This document shows positions 39,029-46,605 of a DNA stretch of 64,000 nt, one piece after another; positions within the stretch are counted from its first letter, which is position 1; every line of letters starts with the position of its first letter. Source of the stretch: a virus. The translations under genes and the position numbers were made by a program. The stretch is from the UHGV virus genome UHGV-1358930. The stretch is one strand, 5' to 3'. The notes beneath the pieces are model-generated. The model was not told where the DNA came from. It was given only the letters and a program-made list of their open reading frames with translations, and searched no databases.

Positions 39029-39153
39029 TAAAGATTTTTTTAATGAATTTAATTGATTTATTTAAAATCTGCTGATGTAGCGCAGCTGTTAGAGCAACCG
39101 ACTTTAAGCAATGAGTCGTAGGTTGAAGTCTAGCAACCAGCTAGATTTGATAT

Positions 39154-39227
39154 GCGGATATAGTGTAACGGTAACATCCGACTCTTCCAAAGTCGTGTTG
39201 CGGGTTCGAGTCCCGTTATCCGCTCCA
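39154..39227 (+). tRNA. tRNA-Gly (anticodon UCC), copy 2.
   Basis: The cloverleaf has the same anticodon loop cTTCCaa, discriminator U and CCA, but a different acceptor from copy 1. Confidence 0.55.
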
Positions 39228-39363
39228 AGAGGGAGTATGCACCCCGCTACCCATCTAGTATGTCGACTATCTGATGGCGCGAAATTTAACTGAAAAGAGC
39301 ATATATGCAAGCTTGTCGCATATGAGTACAAGTGTCGTAAAGTCAATACGATGTCTAACTATT

Positions 39364-39391
39364 TTGACAAAGGCAGAGAAGCTGCTATAAT
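39364..39391 (+). promoter_or_regulatory. Sigma-A-like promoter upstream of tRNA-Met.
   Basis: TTGACA and TATAAT are separated by 16 nt, and a conserved hairpin follows. Confidence 0.5.
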
Positions 39392-39421
39392 CGGGTGCAA
39401 AAACCATTCCCGATACAATAA

Positions 39422-39498
39422 GGGTCTTTAGCTCAGTTGGTCAGAGCATCCGGCTCATAACCGGACGGTCCAGGGTTCAAACCCCTGAAGACCCACCA
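39422..39498 (+). tRNA. tRNA-Met or Ile2 (anticodon CAU), elongator type.
   Basis: G1-C72 is paired and the discriminator is A. The anticodon arm is tccgg-CTCATAA-ccgga and the CCA is encoded. Confidence 0.6.
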
Positions 39499-39712
39499 CA
39501 ATTGGTACAACACGACTGTAACGACTCTCGCGGTTTAAAGTTGTATCCCACTTCTTGATTGAGGTGTGAAGTGTCAAGAGAGCTTCCGACGAGTCTTATG
39601 GGCACCACCTAGCGGTGAAAAGATAAGACAATCGTCATTAGATCTAAGTTGTCCGGCAGTGTTAATGTTATTGAATCATGGTGAAATTGTGATCACATCT
39701 GCCGGATACATA

Positions 39713-39783
39713 TCCTCCCGTAGTGTAGTGGTAGCACTAGCGTCCGTCAGGGCGAAGGATCCGTTCGAATCGGAAGGGAGGTT
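39713..39783 (+). tRNA. tRNA-like pseudogene in which the anticodon arm is replaced by a 5 bp stem with a 4 nt loop.
   Basis: The D-arm (gtgt-agtggta-gcac) is nearly identical to the Gly tRNAs and the T-arm is tccg-TTCGAAT-cgga. The segment cgtcc-gtca-gggcg forms a tetraloop hairpin with no anticodon loop, and no CCA follows. Confidence 0.35.
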
Positions 39784-39997
39784 GTCTGGCACGGACAAAG
39801 TGCAGAACCTATCAAGAGGAATTCAGTGCCTGCCTCGCTTCGGATAGCAAAAGAAGGCGTTTGGTAGTAATCGACAAACTACTCGCGGTTACAGAGAGGG
39901 AGAGGCGTTACAGGTAAACCTCTTAGGTGCTATGATATCAGGCACTTAGCAAAGCACAGCTTGCAGTTAGGACTAATCCGACCAGATATCAAAATAT

Positions 39998-40071
39998 GCA
40001 GCTATAGTGTAATGGTAACACTCAACTCTTCCAAAGTTGTATTGCCGGTTCAAATCCGGTTAGCTGCTCCA
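39998..40071 (+). tRNA. tRNA-Gly (anticodon UCC), copy 3.
   Basis: The cloverleaf has anticodon loop cTTCCaa, discriminator U and CCA. Confidence 0.55.
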
Positions 40072-40090
40072 CAGAAAGTCTACAGAAAGG

Positions 40091-40417
40091 GTGATAAATA
40101 TGGCTATTTATAAATGCCCGGTTTGTGAAGGAAGGGGATTTGTTCCTTTCGGATTCTATACAAGTCAACCACATGATGGAAGCTCAATAACTGGTTCTGC
40201 TTCAACTGAAATTTGTAGAAGCTGTGATGGTAGAGGCGTAATATTTGATGAATGCCTTAGAACAGCTTCAAACAATGAGCAAAAGATCTGTAGCAACTGC
40301 GAAATGAATGATGGAATGGTATATATGTCTTATCCTCCTAAGTACAGATGCACTGTATCCGGTTGTTTCAATGAAGGAACACATCTATGCGATCTAGATG
40401 ACGTGATGGATAAGTGA
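40091..40417 (+). CDS. Cys-rich protein with four CxxC pairs, probably a zinc ribbon.
   Basis: Zinc-ligand pairs CPVCEGRG, CRSCDGRG, CSNCE and CTVSGC are present. A GGGTGA ribosome-binding site precedes the start. Confidence 0.4.
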   Translation: MINMAIYKCPVCEGRGFVPFGFYTSQPHDGSSITGSASTEICRSCDGRGVIFDECLRTASNNEQKICSNCEMNDGMVYMSYPPKYRCTVSGCFNEGTHLCDLDDVMDK

Positions 40418-40478
40418 AACAACTATCCAATATAATATAGAGATCGGTAGGACGCTGACGTGTGCTGACCGAATCGTT

Positions 40479-40518
40479 CCGTCTGGGTGCGTCAACACCT
40501 GGACGGTTCTTTTTTTTG
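40479..40518. terminator. Rho-independent terminator.
   Basis: A GC-rich imperfect stem ccgtctggg...cctggacgg is followed by a T9 run. Confidence 0.65.
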
Positions 40519-40559
40519 TTGTTAGATGAATCAAATTATTAACGAATTATTAACGGATA

Positions 40560-40588
40560 TTGAATTTTCCATACAAATATCATATAAT
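40560..40588 (+). promoter_or_regulatory. Consensus sigma-A-type promoter preceded by two inverted TTAACGA/TTAACGG motifs.
   Basis: TTGAAT and TATAAT are separated by 17 nt. Confidence 0.55.
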
Positions 40589-40651
40589 ATAATCATAAAA
40601 AAGCTGGTCCAATCCAACACATCAAAAAGCTTCAAAGCTAAGGAGGACAAC

Positions 40652-40966
40652 ATGAAAGGATACGTTATCAAAGTTACATACCTCACAGGCCCACATGAAG
40701 GAAAGTCTTATTTCCTCCAAAAAGGTGGGTTTGTAACCTCTGATCCAGATAACCAGTGGTCACATAATTGCTACAAGACGGAAAATATCTGCAAGTCGGT
40801 TTGCAGACAACTTGGATGCAATAACAAGATTAACCACATGGTGGAGGAGAAAACCAGAGAGTTTCAGATTCAACACGGTCGAGATGTATCAGATTCAATG
40901 ATCTACGAATTGGAATACTACGAACCGTATTTCGTCAAAAATGTTCGCAATTCATATGTTGACTAA
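40652..40966 (+). CDS. Hypothetical protein.
   Basis: AAGGAGG ribosome-binding site. The ORF-track start at 40526 lies in the promoter. Confidence 0.4.
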   Translation: MKGYVIKVTYLTGPHEGKSYFLQKGGFVTSDPDNQWSHNCYKTENICKSVCRQLGCNNKINHMVEEKTREFQIQHGRDVSDSMIYELEYYEPYFVKNVRNSYVD

Positions 40967-40979
40967 GGAGGTATTCAAT

Positions 40980-41258
40980 ATGATTGTATACAGCAGATCT
41001 GAAGCAAAAGAATTGTTAGATAGAAACTGCGAGATTGCAGAGCACTCCAGCATGGTTGTTGTTACAGTCTTTCACACGGACTTAATTACAAAGGAAGTAT
41101 GCGTTACAGACATATTCAGCCATGATGCAGTGCAGGCAATGATCTGGAAGTCAGATTACCTGAACCGACTCAAATCGCTAAAAGTTCCGTATATCGCATA
41201 TATCGGCAACACCCTTGAATCCGCATATAGCTATGTTGAATTTGAGGAGGACAAGTAA
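40980..41258 (+). CDS. Hypothetical protein.
   Basis: An AGGAGG ribosome-binding site is present. Confidence 0.35.
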   Translation: MIVYSRSEAKELLDRNCEIAEHSSMVVVTVFHTDLITKEVCVTDIFSHDAVQAMIWKSDYLNRLKSLKVPYIAYIGNTLESAYSYVEFEEDK

Positions 41259-41264
41259 CTACAT

Positions 41265-41459
41265 ATGAAAGAAATCAAATTTTTACTCAGTAATCATGAA
41301 GTAGAAACAATGCGAGCAGCATTCAACAACTCTTTTTTACAAAAACCTGATACAGAAGCAGCAGATAGCGAAATCGATGACACAGACAGCGATATCGCAA
41401 GATTCATTATCTGGAACTACGTTAAATTTTATGAAGCAATGAAAGGTACGGAGGAATGA
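41265..41459 (+). CDS. Hypothetical small protein.
   Basis: A GAGGAGG ribosome-binding site is present. Confidence 0.35.
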   Translation: MKEIKFLLSNHEVETMRAAFNNSFLQKPDTEAADSEIDDTDSDIARFIIWNYVKFYEAMKGTEE

Positions 41460-41779
41460 CAATGATGGATAGAAAAGTTGATATGGCTCTGTTTTCTGCA
41501 AACAATTGGATCAATTACCAGCTTGAGATGCAGAAAGCTGCGATTCAAATCATAAGAAACGCAATTGAAGAAACAAGGAAAGCTTACACGCTTCAGAGCA
41601 AACAAAGCCTTGAGGAAGATGAAGGAGTTGAAGTTTTCACAAGCGCCGACATCGCAGAAATCTGCAAGTTGCTCGACAGCTCAGAATCGGAAATCGAGTC
41701 AGTTATATCTAAGCTAGAAGAAGCAAAGGAAATGATGCCTGATTTTGACAGGAGCTTAAAGCATGAAACGAATAAGTAA
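41456..41779 (+). CDS. Hypothetical protein.
   Basis: GGAGG ribosome-binding site; the start overlaps the upstream stop. Confidence 0.35.
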   Translation: MTMMDRKVDMALFSANNWINYQLEMQKAAIQIIRNAIEETRKAYTLQSKQSLEEDEGVEVFTSADIAEICKLLDSSESEIESVISKLEEAKEMMPDFDRSLKHETNK

Positions 41780-42158
41780 GAAATCTAACATATTGGGAAT
41801 GGCTAAAGAACCGTCAAGAGGTGTTTTCTGGATCGTTGACGGAAAAGTTCTTTCATTTCCATTCTATCATGATATAACGTCTCTCGGCGTTTCTAAATCA
41901 GGATTGACATACAACCACAAAAAGTTGTGGCCAGAGGTTAAACCTAAAGGATGTAACAAGCCGTATAATTACTATCCTCGAGGAAGAGTCGAACTAGGTA
42001 GAAAGTTTCCTATCATCTATGTAAACCCGAATTTTGACAAGTTTGACCTAGCTGAGGTCAAAAAGGATTTTGGACTTGTAGATGAGCCGAAAGTAATATT
42101 TGACAATTCAGATCATTACAAATGTTATCTTGACGACGGATGGAAGCCAGATAAGTAA
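41763..42158 (+). CDS. Hypothetical protein.
   Basis: The start overlaps the upstream gene in the same orientation. Confidence 0.35.
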   Translation: MKRISKKSNILGMAKEPSRGVFWIVDGKVLSFPFYHDITSLGVSKSGLTYNHKKLWPEVKPKGCNKPYNYYPRGRVELGRKFPIIYVNPNFDKFDLAEVKKDFGLVDEPKVIFDNSDHYKCYLDDGWKPDK

Positions 42159-42294
42159 CAATCGTTATATGATAAGAGATGAATAAATTGAAAAAAGTTA
42201 TCTACGCTTCTAAACAGCTGGAGGATAAGTACAAGAAATTAGCGTAAAAGCTTTACAAACAGAATAAATCTACAATGGAGAGACTTAAAGATAA

Positions 42295-42738
42295 ATGATA
42301 GATAGACAATTAGTTGAAGCATTTAACTCAAACAAGTCAAATGTAGAAATAATAGAGATTGAATTTTATGCGAATGTAGAGCAACCTAATAATGTCAATT
42401 CTGACAAAGATTCAACCCCTAAAGAACACAAGCAGAGTACTTATAAGAGAATATTCAAAGCCTTTGTAGATAATGCAATAAGACTTATGAAAGAAAGACA
42501 CAGCAGGATTGTAGATATCCATCAATCTAGCAGAGCTGGATCGAATTCTTGGTATGTCGCAATGTACCCAGCAAACAATCAGGGCGAGATAGAATCTAAA
42601 TATTTGTTCATTTTTGTATTCTCTGAATACGCAAAGCAGTTAAATGTTCCATTTGAGATCGTTGTCAAGAGAGACAACAACGAAATTCACATCAAGTCGT
42701 TCGCAGAGGCACTAGACTTCTTAACTATGATAAGATGA
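42295..42738 (+). CDS. Hypothetical protein.
   Basis: A GGAGAG ribosome-binding site is present. Confidence 0.35.
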   Translation: MIDRQLVEAFNSNKSNVEIIEIEFYANVEQPNNVNSDKDSTPKEHKQSTYKRIFKAFVDNAIRLMKERHSRIVDIHQSSRAGSNSWYVAMYPANNQGEIESKYLFIFVFSEYAKQLNVPFEIVVKRDNNEIHIKSFAEALDFLTMIR

Positions 42739-42960
42739 AACGAACAGCGTGGATTGATAACTTGAATCAGCTCAAATAGCTGAAAATGAGCAGTCTTGGT
42801 AGAATGCGGGAAGTTGGTAAGGGTATCAACAACACACTACAGCATGGTGGGTTTGCTGTAGACAAAATACAATCAGCTCGATAATAGAGCTGTTAACGAA
42901 GATTCGGTTATGCATGAGCATTTCCGAATCTTTTATTGTGTTTGCTTAGAGGTGATAAAA

Positions 42961-43173
42961 ATGAAAATATTAAGATGTCCTGTATGCAATTCAAAAATCG
43001 TTATTTTACACGATATAGATACTAGATTTGACGAAATCCGATATCGTATACTTTGTTCAGATTACAGCTGTGTAATCAACGATGTATGCGCTTCTAGTTC
43101 AACTAAATTAGGTGCATATAAATTATGGATAGCAATGAGGAGATGGGTCTTACGTGATCACAGAGGAAATTGA
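42961..43173 (+). CDS. Small zinc-ribbon protein.
   Basis: GAGGTGA ribosome-binding site. The N-terminus carries CPVCNSK. Confidence 0.35.
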   Translation: MKILRCPVCNSKIVILHDIDTRFDEIRYRILCSDYSCVINDVCASSSTKLGAYKLWIAMRRWVLRDHRGN

Positions 43174-43663
43174 AGTATGGAAAGACATTCCAGGTTATGT
43201 GAGCTATCAAGCTTCAAGCTTAGGTAGAATTCGTCAATCGTTGCCAAACAGCAACTACAAATACCTAAAGCCCAGTATGACGACAGATGGATATTTAACA
43301 GTACACGTAGTAGGATGTCCGCTTAGATATCCAACAGTTGCTAAACTAGTTTGCTTAGCATTTCATGGACACTCTTCGCTTGATATTATTCATCCCGTTG
43401 TAGATCACATAAACAATAATTCAACAGATAATCGACCGGAAAATTTAAGATGGATATCACAAAGAGAGAACGTCAATCAAGCAATTAAGTACAGAATAGG
43501 TAAATGCCAAATACGATGCAAAGAAATAGGCGAAATATTTGATTCTATTTCTGCAGCGAGTAAGCAGCTTAGCATTCGTTACTATTCGATATATAACAAT
43601 CTGAGGAATAATATTCCAACGCATGGATTATCATTTGAAAGGATAGAAAAGGCAGATGGCTGA
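43154..43663 (+). CDS. HNH homing endonuclease with an N-terminal NUMOD4-like region, an HNH_3 core and a C-terminal DNA-binding domain.
   Basis: Motifs WKDIPGY..YQASSLGRIR, VDHINNNSTDNRPENLRW and a C-terminal V.C.E.G..F.S...A.K are present. Confidence 0.6.
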   Translation: MITEEIEVWKDIPGYVSYQASSLGRIRQSLPNSNYKYLKPSMTTDGYLTVHVVGCPLRYPTVAKLVCLAFHGHSSLDIIHPVVDHINNNSTDNRPENLRWISQRENVNQAIKYRIGKCQIRCKEIGEIFDSISAASKQLSIRYYSIYNNLRNNIPTHGLSFERIEKADG

Positions 43664-44153
43664 AGAAATATGGAAAGACATCCCGAATTATACACCGTAT
43701 CAAGCTTCTTCATTAGGTAACATCCGAATGAAACTGACTGACGGTTCATTTAAGCTACTCAAGCCGTTCTTAAACATGGATGGTTACTATCAAGTAGCTG
43801 TCAAGAACTGTCCTACAAAACTACCTAACCTTCACAGGCTTGTAGCTTTTGCGTTTCATGGTGTACCAGAAACTAGGATGGTAGTAGATCATTTGAATAA
43901 CATACATACTGATAATAGACCTGAAAATCTAGAATGGGTTACGCAGAAAGAAAATATGCGAAGGGCGAAGGTGATGGGACTGTATGCTAAGAAAACAAAA
44001 ATCAAATGCGTAGAAGACAACATCATCTATGAATCTATCGCAGACTGCGCGAAGAAAACAGGTATTCGACCTGCAAGTTTGTGGAGTACTACAAGAGACG
44101 GTACAGCAATTCATGGTAAACATTATATAAGAATTGAGCAAGAAAATATCTAA
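43656..44153 (+). CDS. HNH homing endonuclease, a tandem paralog of 43154.
   Basis: Motifs WKDIPNY..YQASSLGNIR and VDHLNNIHTDNRPENLEW are present. It overlaps the upstream gene by 8 nt. Confidence 0.6.
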   Translation: MAEEIWKDIPNYTPYQASSLGNIRMKLTDGSFKLLKPFLNMDGYYQVAVKNCPTKLPNLHRLVAFAFHGVPETRMVVDHLNNIHTDNRPENLEWVTQKENMRRAKVMGLYAKKTKIKCVEDNIIYESIADCAKKTGIRPASLWSTTRDGTAIHGKHYIRIEQENI

Positions 44154-44177
44154 ATATTAACAAATTATTAACGATAG

Positions 44178-44206
44178 TTGAATTCACCCTCAAGATCGCT
44201 TATAAT
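44178..44206 (+). promoter_or_regulatory. Consensus sigma-A-type promoter preceded by TTAAC(A/G)A motifs.
   Basis: TTGAAT and TATAAT are separated by 17 nt. Confidence 0.55.
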
Positions 44207-44276
44207 ATAAGTATCGACATATAGTTACACATATCAGAAATCAGAAAATAACTGATACAAAAATTGGAGGTACAGT

Positions 44277-44564
44277 ATGGAGAAGAACATTGTAACTTCT
44301 ATAACAGATCAGATTCGAGTACTGCAGGAACATGAAGTCATTGCTTCAAAAGCAGGATTGCACTACGCAGTTATGTTTGTGCAGCTAGATGATAAATCAG
44401 AAGTATTCTGGCACGATATTTGGTCACAAGATAAGAATATACTCATGTGGATGCTAGACCAGCTTGAAGCAAGCTACAACGATATGGAAGATGTCAGATA
44501 TGAATCATATGTTGGTACACATATTCGTAACATCGGTTCGAGTGGATTAGATTTCAGTAATTGA
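44277..44564 (+). CDS. Hypothetical protein.
   Basis: A GGAGG ribosome-binding site is present. Confidence 0.35.
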   Translation: MEKNIVTSITDQIRVLQEHEVIASKAGLHYAVMFVQLDDKSEVFWHDIWSQDKNILMWMLDQLEASYNDMEDVRYESYVGTHIRNIGSSGLDFSN

Positions 44565-44646
44565 CGAAGAGTCTGCAATATGTCTTCGGAACAGATCAAT
44601 TCACAAATAGATTCAACTGATGTCAATATTTCTAAAGGGAACTAAT

Positions 44647-44952
44647 ATGAAACGTATCCAGTCTATCAATGAATTTCATAATGCAAAAGCAGATGTTATC
44701 AACAAAGCTAATATGATCAATGGATTCGCAGGTATGTGCTTCTTCACAGATCCAGTAACCGGCTACACTATTATGCTAGATGTAATCAGCTCAGACAGAA
44801 ATGTAGTAGAAGATTGGCTGGATAACTGTAGCAATACATATCGAAGAAATTGTGAAAGTTTTGTAACGTATCTAAATGAAGATCTTTATTATGATGGTGT
44901 AAAACGAGATTGGGCTTGGTCTTTACTTGGAAGCATATTCCAGTTCGCATAA
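44647..44952 (+). CDS. Hypothetical protein.
   Basis: A ribosome-binding site precedes an internal ATG of the ORF-track ORF starting at 44620. Confidence 0.35.
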   Translation: MKRIQSINEFHNAKADVINKANMINGFAGMCFFTDPVTGYTIMLDVISSDRNVVEDWLDNCSNTYRRNCESFVTYLNEDLYYDGVKRDWAWSLLGSIFQFA

Positions 44953-44986
44953 ACATTGTAAGATACGTTACAATTGGAGATCAAAC

Positions 44987-45406
44987 ATGATTACTAAAAA
45001 AGATTTGTCATATTTTAGAATTGCTAAGCAAACAGCTAAATTGTCTACTTGGGAACAAGTTAGGTATCAAATTGGGTGTGTAGTAGTATTGAACCACAGA
45101 ATAATCAGCGTCGGATTCAACACAACAAAGACAGATACCCTTCAGAAGAAATACAACAAAGAGAGATTCACAGAAGAATCGTGTCATATGGCTCATGCGG
45201 AGCTGTTAGCTTTGAAGCCGTTGTTATACGATAACACGATTGACGCTTCTAAGCTTAAAGTATATGTATACAGAGAGTTGAAAACGGGTAAACTTGGCTG
45301 TGCTCGTCCTTGTAAAAGTTGTATGAAGCTGATAAAAGACATCGGCATTCGTTACATATATTATACAACTTCTGATGGATACGCAGAAGAAAAAATATTG
45401 TATTAA
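44987..45406 (+). CDS. dCMP / cytidine deaminase-like zinc-dependent deaminase.
   Basis: The pattern HAE...PC..C (CHMAHAELLAL...CARPCKSC) is present. Confidence 0.5.
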   Translation: MITKKDLSYFRIAKQTAKLSTWEQVRYQIGCVVVLNHRIISVGFNTTKTDTLQKKYNKERFTEESCHMAHAELLALKPLLYDNTIDASKLKVYVYRELKTGKLGCARPCKSCMKLIKDIGIRYIYYTTSDGYAEEKILY

Positions 45407-45420
45407 GTAGGTGAATTACA

Positions 45421-45891
45421 ATGAAGTTGTTCTTAAATAGAGATATTTTCTGTCAAGCTTTTCCGATGTCTAAGGTAAAAGATAAACTACTTGCTGACTC
45501 AAAACAGCTCAACGAGCACATATTGAAATGCGTCATCTATTATGATGAGTTACATTGCTTATCGCATTGGATAGACGAAATTACAAGTTGGGTGTACAAA
45601 GCAAGCACAGTAAGCAGTAAGCACAACATATCGGGTAAAACGTATCAGAATACAATATTCAGCTGGTTTGGAGAAGATCAAAGAGACTGCGAATCTAATC
45701 TATACGACTTTTATGCAAAATTTGTTATGAAACGAAAATCTTACCCAGAGTTTGAAATTTCTGATTACTTGATTGAAAGATTGTATCATGTATATAGAGA
45801 ATTTGAACGTGATATCATCAACATGTATATTAGTAAATACAATTACAGTAAATCCGATTATCTAGAAGCTGTTACAGATATATTGAAGTGA
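45421..45891 (+). CDS. Hypothetical protein.
   Basis: An AGGTGA ribosome-binding site is present. Confidence 0.35.
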   Translation: MKLFLNRDIFCQAFPMSKVKDKLLADSKQLNEHILKCVIYYDELHCLSHWIDEITSWVYKASTVSSKHNISGKTYQNTIFSWFGEDQRDCESNLYDFYAKFVMKRKSYPEFEISDYLIERLYHVYREFERDIINMYISKYNYSKSDYLEAVTDILK

Positions 45892-45907
45892 GATAGGAGG
45901 TGACCGC

Positions 45908-46342
45908 ATGAAGAAGTGGATCAACTACAGCCAACCGATATTTGCAATGGCTATAATCAATCCGCAGCTAAATACGGAATTTGGAATATTTGTTGAAGTG
46001 TTTCAAAACAACGAAGGTAGTATTCCGCATGTGCATGTGTATCACGACAAATCTCGAAACAAGCGAAGATGCTCAATAGTTCGATTAGATAAACCAGAAT
46101 ACTCAACACATCACAAGTATAATCCTGCGATGCTTAAAGATGTGAAAGAAAAATTTCTTAAAATAATGACTCAACCCTGGCCCAGTCACATCATTCAGCT
46201 TTCCGATGGATCGTATCGACCTGCAACAGGATACGAAGCTGCAGTTAAAATTTGGGCAGATACATTTGAAAAAGGAAGTTTAGCGAAATTTAATCTAGAT
46301 AAGAATGGTGACATTATCAACATCGACTATTCTAACATTTAA
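45908..46342 (+). CDS. Hypothetical protein.
   Basis: An AGGAGG ribosome-binding site is present. Confidence 0.35.
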   Translation: MKKWINYSQPIFAMAIINPQLNTEFGIFVEVFQNNEGSIPHVHVYHDKSRNKRRCSIVRLDKPEYSTHHKYNPAMLKDVKEKFLKIMTQPWPSHIIQLSDGSYRPATGYEAAVKIWADTFEKGSLAKFNLDKNGDIINIDYSNI

Positions 46343-46364
46343 GAAAATATTAGGAGGTATTGCA

Positions 46365-46550
46365 ATGAACACGAAATTAGATGTTGTAGTTAAAATGAAT
46401 GAGCTTCAGGCTGAACTTATCCGTAGATATCAGGAAGAGCTCAAGCAGCTTAAAGCTGACATGAAGAAACAAGATCAGTCATACACAGATTCTGAGTTAA
46501 CTCGAGTAGGTTCTATATGCTGTGAGCTAGTTAATTCTAAGCGCAGCTAG
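46365..46550 (+). CDS. Hypothetical small coiled-coil protein.
   Basis: An AGGAGG ribosome-binding site is present. Confidence 0.3.
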   Translation: MNTKLDVVVKMNELQAELIRRYQEELKQLKADMKKQDQSYTDSELTRVGSICCELVNSKRS

Positions 46551-46605
46551 TAGATGCACAAGTATAACAGCTTGATAGATAAAAGTTTATATGTAGGAGG
46601 ACAAA

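Noticed and set aside
39071-39150. A full tRNA between the TnpB stop and tRNA-Gly copy 2.
   Set aside because: Only a 5'-half-like acceptor/D-arm segment is recognisable. The anticodon and T-arms do not fold. It is kept only as a possible insertion-site remnant in the TnpB finding.
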